Shown in pieces: positions 12,293-24,870 of a DNA stretch of 64,000 nucleotides. The notes beneath the pieces are model-generated. The model searched no databases. It saw nothing but the letters and a program-made list of their open reading frames with translations, and was not told where the DNA came from. Every line of letters begins with the position of its first letter. The first letter of the stretch is position 1. Position numbers and translations under genes: made by a program. Source of the DNA: Kondoa subrosea (taxonomy: Eukaryota); the NCBI GenBank assembly GCA_039545335.1, contig BCIN01000002.1, positions 2,572,678 to 2,636,677 of the forward strand. Direction: 5' to 3'.

Positions 12293-13857
12293 TCAATCGA
12301 ATGAAATCTTTTTACCCGAACTAGCTACTATCCCAATCTTTTCTTTAGGTGCACTAGCTAAAACAGCACCAGGAGTTTTCATCTTCGTACTACTAGTAAT
12401 TGATTTCACTTTCTTTTCAGATTTCTTGTTGTTACTAGAACTTCTAGCAGCAGCTCTTTCTTCTTGAGTAGGTTTATGTTTCTTTTTAGCAGGTTGAGAT
12501 AAATCTTCCAGAACCAAATCTTCAACTTTCGTTTCCTCTTCTGCTGTTTCTTCTTCTTCAACTTTTTCTTCTTTGGGTTTAGGTCGATGACCACCTCTTC
12601 TGACCGCTTCTGCCGATGCGTATTCAACTTTCAATTCCCTGCCGTTGAGTCGGTGATTATGTGGATTGAGGAGAGCCAAAGTAGCTGCTTTAGGTGTGTG
12701 GAAATCAACGAAAGCGAATCTGTCAATCAAGTATCCCCCGGAATCAGCTCAAAGCTGAAGGCAAGGAAATGATAAGACTGACCCTTTGCATTTCCCTGTA
12801 TCTTCAAAAGTACCCATTCGAACTTTCCTTATCCCAGCAGCCGTCTTCCTTTCGTTTGGTCCTAATTTCAAAGAAGTAGCTTTCTTGTCTTCCTCATCTA
12901 CTTTTTCTTCATCTGAATCACTATCATCATGTGACTCAGACGAGGAAGAAGCTGATCCATCTTTAGCAGCAGCAGAAGTATCTTTGTATTTTGAGGGTTT
13001 GGATCTTTTAGCTCGACGTTCCCATTTCAAGGCAGCTCGATAATGTGCGTCGAACATTGTTTTGATGACCTCGTCCTGTACAACCGGCGTCTAATGTATC
13101 AGCACAAGCAGATACAACAGATATGACAGGCATACGGTAGTTTCAAAACCTAGATTCCCAATGAACAAAGTAGGACCAACTGGATTCTTTTGCTTTTCAG
13201 CAATCTTCCTAGCCGTCTTGCTTAAAGAAGTAGTAGAATCAGCATTACTTTCTTTAAGTAGAGCAGCAACAGTGTTTGTAGTCGTTTCGCTTGGTTTTGG
13301 TCTCCCTTGAAAATCGGAAGAAGCTTTAATGAGTAGTTTTCGACCATCGAGATGACCTTCGGACATTGCTACTGCTAATTGTTGAGCTTTCTCAGTTTCG
13401 AAATCAACATAGGCGAATCTATATATATTCAGAATTGTCAGATACTTGAGAGCAAAATCATCCGAATGATCAACAGCACAACTGACCCTTTGTTCTTTAC
13501 ATCTTTACCACCTACACCAGCAGGCATATGACATCTTGCAATCTCACCACAACCAGCTAACCAATTCTTCAATTGGAAAACTTCAGTCTTGAAACTCAAG
13601 TTCCCAATCCAAACTCCATAAGGTGTTCTTTTACCTCCAGCTGCATTAGCTTCTCCTATAGTCTTCTCCCTCTTGATCTCTCCCTTCTTAGTGTCCTCTC
13701 CAGTTCCATCTTCTACTTGGTCAATTTTCCGTTTCTTTGATTTTCTCGCTGCTTTGTGACTCAAAACTGGTTCTTCTGCGACTGTAGCATCTACTCCAAC
13801 AGTAGCAGCGGGTATAGCCTTCTTGGCCTTCTTCACTGGGATTTCGGTATCTGACAT
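12293..13857 (-). CDS. Two-RRM nucleolar RNA-binding protein (Nop13/Rnp24-like)
   Basis: YGVWIGNLSFKT, NKGFAYVDF, PTLFIGNLGFETT, IRKVRMGTFEDTGKCKGFAFVDF; Lys-rich termini ending GKKISFD. Confidence 0.88.
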
Positions 13858-13931
13858 ACTAGTGCTCGTGTTGGAACAAGAATATTCTGGAGACAAGTCG
13901 TCTCTTTCTTTCTCTACAAGAGGCAACCACC

Positions 13932-15765
13932 ATGTCTGAAATTGAAAGACCTAGAGTTTGGTTTGTATGCTCCCCTCCTGCATAGCCTGTACTGTTTCAT
14001 TACAGCTCAATGTTATGTTTTAGGATATTGAAATCAATGGATCCAAAGCTGGTGCATTATCCCTTCATGCATCCATCTATCTCTGTTCTCTTATACTAGT
14101 AATTGATTCAGGTCGGATCTACTTTGAGCTCTTTAGCGATATAGTACCAAAGTACGTCTTCTCACTTCTTCCTTACCAATTTCCAATCTCATGCACGACT
14201 TCAACAATTAGGACGGCTGAAAACTTTCGTTACCTATGTGGAGAGAGAGAACCTCGGTTAGGGGAAAGTGGGAAACCTCTCACTTACAAAGGAAGCAAGT
14301 TTCATCGGTGCGTTCTACTCCTCAATTGTGCTGGATGCAGCTCAGTTTGTCGTGGTACCGTACAGAGTCATTCGTCGTTTCATGTTGCAAGGTGGTGATT
14401 TTACTAGAGGAAACGGTACAGGTCAGTTTTCGATTGTGCTGCGGTCACATTACCTGACTACAACCTAATCGATGACCGACAGGTCGGTGATGATGTACGC
14501 TCATATGTGATACGTCTCATTACAGAGTTCTATCGTCGACAGGCGGCGAATCAATTTATGGCGAGAAGTTTGAAGATGAGAAGTACGTCGAGCATATCTC
14601 TGTATCAAATTCATTTATTGATTCGAGGGATGGATTCCACGTACAGTTTCCAACTCAAGCATGATAAACCTTTCTTGCTCTCTATGGCTAATGCTGGTCC
14701 AGCAACAAACGGATCTCAATTCTTTGTGCGTAGTTTCGGCTCTTTTAGGTGTATTCATAACCTAGAGTATTTGACATAATCGCACAGATTACTACTGTCA
14801 AAACTCCTCATTTGGATGGCAAACACGTAGTTTTTGGAAGAGTCATTTCAGGTCGATCAGTAGTGAGGTTAATAGAAGCTGGTCATACTAACAAACAAGA
14901 TCAACCGGAAGAAGAAGTAGTCATTGTTGATTGCGGTCAATTATCACCTGGGGAAGAAATTCCTGAAGAGAAAAAGACTTCAGATGAGACTGGTGATAAA
15001 TATGAGGAACATCCTTCTGATGAAGAAGAGGTCCGTTTGAGCGAAATGGTCCCTCAGCCTGAGTGTTGATAGAGATTTTGTTTCGGACAGGACGTACATA
15101 TGCCTGAAGTACCGTTGAGAATCGCTACGGAATTAAGAAGGATTGGAACGGACTGCTTCAAAAAGGGTGATTATGCTACGGCTCTCAAGAAATGTACGTT
15201 GGGTTTTGAGAGTAAGCGACATCAAGTGGCTTACTCTTTATAACCTTTGTACAGATCAGAAAGGATTGAAGTATTTAGATGTGAGTATCTAAAGTTCTTT
15301 GACATTTTATATTGTCTGAGGACATACTGGTCACAGGTCAATCCCGTTCTACCTACACAAGAATACACTATGCAAATGCAACAAGTCGATATGCGTCTCT
15401 CTTTGCATCTAAATATTGCTCAAACCGGATTGAAAATGGGCAACAACGCATCATACAGAATCGCTATAGAACACGCGACTAAAGCTTTAGAATTAGACGC
15501 ACCAATGGATTACTATTCATCTACACCTTTACCATCTCAAATGAGGAAACCTTTGACCAACGAAGAGAAAGTCAAAGGTCTTTACAGAAGAAGTTTGGCT
15601 CGAATCGCTTTGAAAGAATTCGATGAAGCGGTAGTAGATCTGACTAAAGCGAACGAGTTGAAGAAGGATGATGCGGCTATTAAAGGACAATTGGCTTTGG
15701 CTAAAAAGGGAGCTGAAGACGCCAAAAAGAGGGAAAAAGCAAAGTATGCGAAAATGTTTGGGTAG
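13932..15765 (+). CDS. CPR6: Cyclophilin-40 peptidyl-prolyl isomerase with TPR domain
   Basis: [65 protein letters not shown] and [13 protein letters not shown]-terminal TPRs ending YAKMFG. Confidence 0.95.
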
Positions 15766-15944
15766 ATTGATTGATCAGCTGGTCTTATGTTCTTCTACTT
15801 CTTCTCTGCAATACTATGGTCTCATTATTCGCAAATAGGCATGCCGTTACGATGCCGAATTACCGCTTTGCCCCCCGGATGCCAAGATTACGCTGATTTT
15901 CACGATTCGCTTCAGCTGTTCTCGTCCTTTCTCATTGAACAGTC

Positions 15945-17306
15945 ATGTATATACCTTTATTATCAAAACGCAGAGGAGGAGGCGGTGGTGGTGGTATGTT
16001 GATGTCCTTTATCTATGTTAATATTATGAGCTGATCTTTTGTGATTCAGGCGGTATGTCAAATAATCGTAACGAGTTCTGTGCTGATTTGTATCGATTAG
16101 GTCGTTCAGGAGGAGGTGGTGGTGGTGGTGTACGATCTGGCTCTGGATCAAGCTCAGGCAAGAGTTCAGGAGCTAGTAGACCTCCAGCTTGTAAGGATCT
16201 TGCAATTCTTCTGCCCGTTCAGATCCTGACTTCACGATGAAGATTCGCCAGGAGCTGCTCCGCCCCCAGTATGTCAATCCTACGATTGTCGATGACTTGC
16301 TCATGCGTATTTGTTTTGAAGTACTCAGTTAGTGGGGGAAGTGCTGTAAGAGGGCAAACAGGCGCAGTAGGAGGTGGAAGACCATATACTGTTGCTTCAG
16401 GGAATGCGTTTGCAGGCAGAAGTGTCGGTATGCGATATTGCTCGTGTCCGTGATCTCGCTTACAAAATTTCTAAGGGGGTGGAAGTCGAAGTCAGATCAA
16501 CACAGGAAGAGCATTCGGGGGAGGAGCACTAGTAGGCGGTCTAGCTTTCCGTAAGTCAGCAGATCTGTGGTACTCGCGCGATTCCTGATCTTCTTTTTTT
16601 GTATAGCATTCATATTCTGGCCTCTCGCTTTTCGAGGAGGGTACAACAACTACTATGGAAGTGGTATATATGGTCCACCTTCGAATGACACCAGACCTGG
16701 CGGACAGCTTACGACTTGGACTCTTCTCCCAACATGGGCTTCAACAACGACGAACGGAGCTACACCGCCAACTGATAATGGCTTCGTTCTCTATGGCGAT
16801 ATCTCTTCAGTCACTGATCTGATACCTCTACTGGCGCAAAGCTGTTCGGTTGTCGACAATACTTATGGCGCGAATATAACAGCAACACCTAATAGTAAGC
16901 TTCTCTCCTCCTCTGTTAATTCTTAATTCTGATCCTTTCGGGTAGTGGCTGTTGAGTACTACAGAGGCTCGACTTTCTCACTCATGCTCAGCGGTTATGA
17001 CAATGGTTTACCCAACGTCGAAGCAGATTCGAGTAACAGTTCAGCTTTACCTGTAGGTCAATACTCGTGCATTAATTTACTTCGCTGATACTTCAACAGG
17101 CCGACATTACAAACGCTACACCTGCCCCATTACCGACAGGCGTGAATTCGACTTACCTCGACTGCTTGAACACGACTATAACGAATCAACTCGGTCTTCT
17201 TGATTCGGACAACGCGCAGGAAGATACTTCAGCTGCTTCTATCACTTCGATACCTCATTTGCAGGGGACACTGGCGTTGTTCCTCCTTGTATGGTCATTA
17301 TTGTAG
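15945..17306 (+). CDS. Conserved basidiomycete glycine-rich surface protein, probably with C-terminal GPI/TM anchor
   Basis: Gly-rich N-terminus, FAGRSVGGGSRSQI, FPFIFWP, YGPPSNDTRPGG, EYYRGSTFSLMLSGYDN, YLDCLNTTI, and a hydrophobic C-terminus. Confidence 0.7.
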
Positions 17307-17404
17307 TCTTACTAAGCTTTACTGTACTGTAGTTGTATCTTGTCTGACATTTACCAATACAATCTTGGCTGTGTGCAATATTTCTACATTACACCACGAG
17401 CAGA

Positions 17405-19448
17405 AGAGGTGTCAAGTTACAAAACTGTCAAGTTTACTGTCAACCGTACAGCTGGGTCATGGCAAGATCCAGGTTGAAACTGTCAGAGCTGGACCCTGAG
17501 AGAGGTGCAAGAGAAGGAGAGGAAGAAGGGATACGTGGCGGAGCAGGTATAACTTAGCCGATTTCTCTCTTGTATTGAACCTTTCACGTTACGCATCGCA
17601 CATTTAGTCAAGCCTCGACACAGATAGTCAGGAGTGATTAGCGATCTACGAGTCTCATTATAGTCAGCGAGCGCCAAGTAGGGCCTCAGCTGTCAGAAAA
17701 CCTGGCTTGGACGCATCCACGAGCCAACCAGCAGCTTGAAAGCTTCTGTCATTTAGCTCAGACTGGCATCAAGAGCAGAATGGCACAGATTACGGATATT
17801 GCTGTGCGCGAAAGCAGAAACGTGAAGATTGGCCAAGGAAGTTTTGCATCCATTTGGGGCGCGGGCGGTCTTGCTTTCAAAGTATGCTTGCAAGCATCTG
17901 GACAAGACGATCTGAAGCAAGAATTCCACCATTTGGCAGTCATCTATGAAACCTGTAACTCTAACCGACTCTTCTTGATCCCGCGAGCTCTCGCTTTCAG
18001 TTCACTTCAAGAGATAGATTTGCTCATTATTCCAACCTCGCCTGATCCAGCCGCCAGCTCTCATCGACGGAGGCCAAATATTGGACCAGCTCGCTTCGAA
18101 GATCTAAAGCTTCTTGGACTCGAGACGGCAGCATTTGCAATGTCCCGTGTGCGAGAAATCACTCTTGATGTGGCTGAATATATCCGCCAGCACTTCTACC
18201 CCTCTCACTCCTCTACACCAGACGCACCATTAGTGAGGTTGTGTCGAATATATCTTGGAAAGCCAACATCAGCTCCGAGCCGCTTTCTCAACACTAACAA
18301 CTTCATCCTCGATCTTCAGCGGTATACGCAGCTGGCTTCAGAATTCTCTCTACCGTCCGCTGCACAAGTTGCTTTTGGAATGGGCGAAACGCTGGGCCGT
18401 TTGCACTTTGCGGCAAAGGTAGATGGCAGGGACATTGAGTTTGTTCTAGGAGGTACTGCCGAGGAGACATCAGAATATTACTGCTTCGATTTCAATCAAG
18501 TTAGTTTCCTCTATGTTTCGGTATTGTTTGCTAATCCGGAAATAGTGTCGCAGTTGGCATGCTGAACGAGATCCAATCTCGGACGTCGTTGCTGCTTTCT
18601 TTGCCAATGATCCATATCATCCACGACCTCGGCCGAATGAAGAGCTGTGGGAAAACTTTCGAAATGGTTATCTGATTGATGCAGGAACCCGTCAACAGGC
18701 CTATCAGGTTCTTTCCGCATTAGAATCAAGGCAGTCAGAACTGGATCAGCAGAGGAATAGTAGCGAGTGAAATGAGCCTATTGGATTCCAAGTGAACATA
18801 CCTCCCTTTGTGCATCATCTGTCAAGTCAAGCAAGAATGGCACCTCTCTCTTTTGCCTCAGCTATGTTACAGTATCCTCTATAACGAGTCAACATTACTT
18901 CAAGATGCTTGCTCGATTTCCGTTATTTATGAAAGCTTCGATGAACGGAGGGCAAGAAAAGTACTCGCAGAAACCGTCAACTGGATCAGACCTCGATATC
19001 GAACATCACACAGCTGTAATAGCAAGACCCGTCCTGCAGCCCGGTCTTCGGCAATCTCCGTTGAAGCCTCATGCAACTTGATGCAACAGATGTCTGGCGA
19101 ACTCCCGATTCAGATATTGCGGGAAAAGCATTCAACAAAAGCAGTTCGACTAAAATTGTCATTCACTGCGCGTATCGTCAGACTTTCGATGCAATCGCCA
19201 TTGTCCGACCTGCACCAAAACCGAATATTCCGGCTACGCATTTTCTCGCTCGCTATTTACTGAAGATGGTCTGCAACCCTGTGGTAGAAGTGATCAAGGC
19301 ATGGATCTGTCGGGAAGTTAAAGGCTGGGCGGACAGTTTGGTACAATGAGGCCGAGTTAGTAGTTACGCAAGAATAGAAACATCTCCGTATTGTACTCAA
19401 ATTGACAGCTGACTTGACAGCCGGTCAAGTTTTGTAATTGAACCCCTC
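17405..19448. mobile_element. Candidate degenerate non-autonomous TIR DNA transposon carrying a DUF3669 gene
   Basis: Imperfect inverted repeats at 17405-17450 and 19392-19448 share TGTAC..TTGACAG...ACTTGACAG..TTTTGTAA.TTGA..CCTC. No transposase and no clear TSD. Confidence 0.4.
17780..18770 (+). CDS. DUF3669-family protein (kinase-like N-terminus)
   Basis: KIGQGSFASIW, LCRIYLG, LHFAAKVDGRDIEFVLGG and FDFNQ; after an intron, FFANDPYHPRP..LWENFRNGY; TGA at 18768-18770. Confidence 0.8.
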
Positions 19449-19568
19449 CTTGTGTCCGTCGTGTCAAAGTCCGATCAACAGGCAGTTGAACAGGACAGTT
19501 GACCTAGGTTTCTCTCAAACCTCGAGCAAGCGACCTCCCTTTTCGGCTATTAGCAAATCCTCACAGCA

Positions 19569-20656
19569 ATGGGTACGTCTGCTCGTCCAATGTCTAGCCA
19601 ACAGCAGCTTATTCTAGGCGTTCAATGTCCAGATTATCAAAATCGAGTCGGTATGTCAAGATGTGGAAAACAAATAGAGATACTCGGTCACTCAACTGCT
19701 CTCCCTTCTTGTTCTGCCCAATAGGATCCAAATTCGGAGGAGGAGGAGTCGCTTCAGCTTCAGAAGCCAATGTAGACCGAAGAGAAAGGTTGCGCAAACT
19801 TGTCAGCTTCATGCAATCAAATTCTACTGCTGGTTGTAGTTGTTTGACTGTTCCAGCTTGACAGGCTCTGGAAACGATTGATTTGGCCAAAGATCCTTAT
19901 ATCCTTCGCAATCATTTGGGTGGATTGGAATGCAAATTGTGTTTGACGCTGCATACGAATGAAGGCTCTTATTTGGCACATACACAAGGAAAGAAGCATC
20001 AGACTAATTTGGCAAGGTGCGTGAATCGCTTCATCAGCTTTAATCCAGCTGACTGAACCAATTGCACACACAGACGAGCAGCAAGAGAAGCCAAAGATTC
20101 AACGCAATACCAACAAGCTCTTATTACAGCTCAACAGCAAGCTCTAGCAGTACCAATAAAACAATTTGTAAAGATTGGTTCACCAGGTTATGATGTTACT
20201 AAAGTCAAAGATCCTTTTACTGGTCAATTAGGTCTCTATTTCAGAATTCAATACCCTAGAATCAAGCAAGGCGTTTTACCTGTTTATAGAGTGATGAGTT
20301 CTTTTGAACAAAAAGTGGAACAGGCGGATCGGAATTATCAATATCTGATCGTGCGTGATAGCATGAACATTTCAGCTTATATTGGTTGATTTTATTCATG
20401 ATTCATGGCACAGGTCGCTGCCGAACCTTACCAGTCTATTGCTTATAAGCTGCAGTCGAGGGAAATTGATGATACAGAAGGGTCTTCATGGCAATTCGTG
20501 CGTGATGAAGTGCTTTTCAGCCTTCGTCTTATTCGATAGTCCTTCTATGCACAGTTCGACCCGGATACTTCAACCTTTCACTTTCAGTTTCTGGTGAGTG
20601 TTGTGAATCTTCCACAACGTCGCACCGATTTTAATCTCATTTTGCAGTTCCGGTGA
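19569..20656 (+). CDS. PRP11: U2 snRNP splicing factor SF3A2 / Prp11
   Basis: Spliced MDYQNRVGSKFGGGG..RRERLRKLALETIDLAKDPYILRNHLGGLECKLCLTLHTNEGSYLAHTQGRKHQTNL, plus RVMSSFEQ and VAAEPY. Confidence 0.96.
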
Positions 20657-21025
20657 AATGTAACGCTATAGTGGATCTTTCAATTGTACTGGTATACCGT
20701 CGCCCATGGAATGTACATGTTACAGATGCTAGAAGACGGGTTGCTTCTATTGTGACCGGCGTGGACTCATCCGTGGACTGGTTCCGAGATCGATCAAGAC
20801 CTACTGGAGCTGGAGATTGATACACGAAGATACGATGAGCGGTCTGCATAAGCTCTTTCAAAATAGCGAAACGAACTTTGGGAATGTCATGACTCAGTAA
20901 ATTCATGTCGGGCGATCAGGCAGCAATTGAGTGACCGACAAATTGAGTGACCGACATCTACATATTTGTGAAAGCTCTATACACCGAACCCAAACTCTAC
21001 GTATACTGAACGAATTCAATGCCCC

Positions 21026-22109
21026 TCAATCCTTCTTCATTGACTCATCTTGGGGTTTCTTGACCCAACCTCTAGCCTCTAACCAACCCCAAACTCTTTG
21101 TCTTACAGTTTGTTGACCTTCTTTTGCAGCAGGAAACAATCTTATCTCACTGTTTGGCCTCCATCTGCTCACCCACCAAGCAAAATTACCAGGTTGTAGA
21201 TAATCTGGTCTTGATCTTTTCTCGTTCCAAAACCCAAGCCCAACATCTTGTTTGAGTGTGGAAGAAGGATAATGAGGTTCAACTTCTTCTTCTCTAATGA
21301 CGTTCAATCCATGACCTGAGAAGCCAGACCCAATAATTTCCCAATGTTGAAATCCAGTCGCTAAATCCGTCTTGTCGATAAAGAGACTAGGACGTAAATT
21401 TGGATCTGGTAATCCATAATCATTTCCATTCGAGTTTGGGTGCAAAAGAAGTTGACGGTATTGAGGATGAGATAAGTAAGAGAGAGTTAAACCTAAAGAT
21501 GCTCTGGATCTAGGTAGATTGCGTTTGAAAGAAGAAATGCCGTATTTGGCTATTCGAGTGCTTAGTAATGAACCGAAAGTGTAATGTTGTCCTATAGCTG
21601 AAGTAGTAGCTGTTGAAACTTGCGACAGCGTTCTAAATTAAACATTAGTATTCTTCACAGCGAGAAGAGACAAAATAGAGAGACACACGAAGCAGGATTT
21701 AAAGCAGAGAAACGCATAAGTTCTTCAACTTCAAGCACATTCAGATGGTCTATATTTCTAGTCATGTACCAAGCTTGACCATCCAACACATTAACACATG
21801 ATTCTTCAACGACCCAAGTTTCTGCTCTAGCTATAATGCCTTTAGGTGCCCATCTCGGTAGTTTGCCAGACTTGAGAATCAGCTTCTTTGTTCTCAAAGT
21901 GTGCGTTTCGACATCAAAGTTACATGATAGTATATCTTGAGTGAGAATATGAGGTGATAGAGGGTTAGGATAGCGATTCGCATAGGCTAAGACCAAAGAA
22001 CTGAACGAATGTCTGTGTAATCCACTCTCAACATCAGGCTTTCTCCTGCTGAAGCAAACGAGAAAACGCACGGCCAGGTATAGGATTCCTGTTCACTCCA
22101 TTCGGGCAT
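21026..22109 (-). CDS. PRELI/MSF1 (Ups-family) mitochondrial lipid-transfer protein with C-terminal extension
   Basis: AYANRYPNPLSPHILTQDIL, KSGKLPRWAPKGII, WVVEESCVN and TRNIDH match PRELI. Confidence 0.88.
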
Positions 22110-22165
22110 TGCATTGCGATATTCCTAAACTGGTGCAAAGGTTGTTCAAGAGCAACGAGCAGACA

Positions 22166-22807
22166 ATGACAATCCCTCAGGTCAGTTGCAGCGCTTGCTT
22201 ATCGCCTTCTGCAGCTTTCTGTATGGCTCAAGCTAACTCCGACCTCATAGAAAACAGAACGAGTAGGCCTGTCCTTTGGCTTATTGTCGAACAGCATACT
22301 GATTCGTGACGGAGTATAGGCTGCTTACCCCGGTGAGAATCAAGCTTGCCGCTCATAAACGACACTCTAACACCATTGTAGCTGCTGCTCGACATGATAA
22401 GCAGTCTCACGATCTTCACCAAAAGAGTGAGCTTTCATGCTTATGTAATCTAATAATGCTAATCGTAAGTAGACAATATTGGTCCAAATGAGCTGTAGGC
22501 ATGCTCTCTACACTATATTGTACGCTACTCAGTGATACGAATCAGTCCCGATAAGGATCATGCTATTCGTGATGAGCTAGAATCGGCAGCCGATGATGGA
22601 GACGGTTAGCTTCTCTTTATTTGCTTTCGCTAACGGTCCTAGATTCGAGGAGTTGCAGACCCAGCTGCTAAAGCTTCCGATGAGGCGGAAGAGAAGAAAG
22701 CACCTGAACCAGAACATGAGATTCCTCTTCAGCCTGTAAGCAAGCTTCTTTCTTGCCGGAGACGCACGCGAAACTTATTCGTTACATAACAGGGAAAGCA
22801 AGCTTGA
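22166..22807 (+). CDS. Small hydrophilic multi-exon protein (absent from ORF track)
   Basis: Run of GT..branch..AG introns joining MTIPQ/KTER/AAYP/AARHDKQSHDLHQK/NIGPNEL/PDKDHAIRDELESAADDGD/..EEKKAPEPEHEIPLQP/GKQA*. The N-terminus resembles fungal TERAAYP/STF2-like small stress proteins. Some exon phases are uncertain. Confidence 0.55.
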
Positions 22808-23730
22808 TCAATTACCGCAATTGCTTCTTTGCGCTATGATGCATGCATCCGTGAAATAAAAGCCTTCAAGATTTATCATGCCATCTTCCTCCTCTGCTTT
22901 GTTTTCCTGTCTCCTTTGTCTACTCTTCTTTCATTGCTTCTTGCCTTTCTTTGTATTTGATAAGTTTTCATGGGCTTTGCAGCACGTTGTGCCCAGGTCA
23001 AACGGCGCAAGACAAACCCTCTATGGAGATGATATGCGCCCAACACGTGAAAGAAAATAGCTCTACATTTGGAGAATACTTCCTTTATGTACGCTCTGTC
23101 GTAGCTATCTTACTCCTCTTAGAGTGTCGTATCAGCTGAAGAAGCTTTGCATGTCAATGTTTCGAGCTGTGTGATCGTATTAGGCGCAAAGACCAGCTAC
23201 AGAGAAGAACTAGGAAGAAGGGCAAGTGGAGAGGATGGTCAAGGTGGCATGCATGGCGGAGCTGGATATTACAGCTCAACAGAAATTTCACCAACAGATA
23301 TGTGTTGGTCATTCTGGCCAGATGCTTCAAACAATGCGACGGTATCTAAGAGCCTAGTATATAGCAAAGGCAAGCAAGGTCTTGCGCTTCGACGTTTGGG
23401 ATAAGGGAACACTACAACAGATGACAAGCTTGTGGCCTCATGCCAGCGCTTTTGTTAATATCGCAAGCAGGAAGTGAAAAGACTTTGGCCTCATCGGACC
23501 GCATTGTCTCCTTGGGCTCGCTGCCAATGTACACTTGAAAAGTAAAGAAAGCGGCCCGCTTTGCGCGCTGGTGATGTACCTACGTGCACCTAGTGAGCAT
23601 CTTGCTGTCCAGCAGCAGCAAAAACGATATACCGTTATTCCCAAATCGGACGCTACTTTCTGCCCGTTCATTCCGTATAATCTGATCGAGAAGATCTTCT
23701 GATCCGACTGAAAGTTTCTGCGAGCGTCTT

Positions 23731-24870
23731 TCAGAAATTCAACACCTTGCCCAGTATATCTTGCGATACGCCTCGATCCTCTATCCACTTTCGAACTTCA
23801 CTCATTTCGCTTCTTCGGCCGCCGAATCCTAGAGTCCTACTGTCAATGAAATAGACAAAATACTACTGCTACTACTGACCAGAATGAGTAATGAGGTTGG
23901 TGATTTCGACCATATCAGGAAACAAGCGGTTTTGAATAGAAGAAATTCGAAGTCTCTCGGTAACTTCTGCTTTGGAAGATCAGAGCTGTATATCTGAAAG
24001 TGGCTGAGAAGCGTACTCTCTATCTTCTGCATCAGATAATATTCAAAACGAAGGGAGAAGAAGCTCACTATGCCCTGAAGGAATATCAGACCAAGAAACA
24101 GACTTGATCCAACCCATATATGCATCTACGTTGTTTGATCGTCCTTCTAGGCATAGTATACCGGGTTTGCCAGCCAGAAGAAACTGAGATGATCAACATA
24201 TCAGCAAAAGGCCAAGTTTCGAGTTATTTGGCTCACGCCGCTCAAGCGGAATCGAGGCGCATTGATTACTATATCGTCCCGCTTTTCTTTTGTAGATATA
24301 CTTGGGCTGTTATGATTCTCAATCATCGACTTTGGGCAAGTAAAACCGTACTGACAACCAAAACCAAACTCGATCGAGACCCTCTTCTTCCTCCTCAATT
24401 AATGGACCAGTCTCCTTGCTTTTCTTCTTTTGCGCAGACTCCGGTTCTGAGAGTAAAGACGGTACATTCTCCTTCAGATATTCGACTAGCATAAGGACAT
24501 TCTCGATATGAGCATCGTTGCCCGCAGATTTCGCTGGCATATTCGCTTCAAGGGTCGACATCTGTGCCCTTGATAGCCAAGCGCATTGCTTGAGCATAAG
24601 TCTTTTGCCTAAAGATTCTTCACGTAGGGGGAACCATATTTCTAGCTGAAGAGACTTGTTTTCTTCTTCGATTGACACCTCCAGTAAGAATCGCAACTCT
24701 TCGGGCAAGGTAGGAAGACTTTGATCGGCTTCCAATGCAGCGCGAGCAGATTTCAGCTTGTCGACCTCTTGAGTATAAGTTGTAGATAGAGACTCTGGAT
24801 ACATGCTTTCCAGTAATTCTACATTGTCCAGAACATTGAGCAGCATTTCTGCAGGCGGCAATTTTGACAT
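23731..24870 (-). CDS. RWD-domain / DUF1115 protein (RWDD2-like)
   Basis: ELLESMYP (RWD start), RVWFWL, STKEKRDDIV and LAGKPGILCLEG; last exon GFGGRRSEMSEVRKWIEDRGV..VLNF*. Confidence 0.82.

Noticed and set aside
14440..14530. Intronic C/D snoRNA (GTGATGA near 14487)
   Set aside because: There is no downstream CTGA box D within the intron; the only CTGA lies upstream.
20925..20956. Tandem AATTGAGTGACCGACA x2, and CT/GAA microsatellites elsewhere (about 49615, 52570, 54440)
   Set aside because: Simple slippage repeats with no spacers; not CRISPR-like.
23438..23830. Separate GIY-YIG-like ORF (YTGQ)
   Set aside because: It overlaps the last exon of the RWD/DUF1115 gene in another frame and lacks the remaining nuclease motifs.
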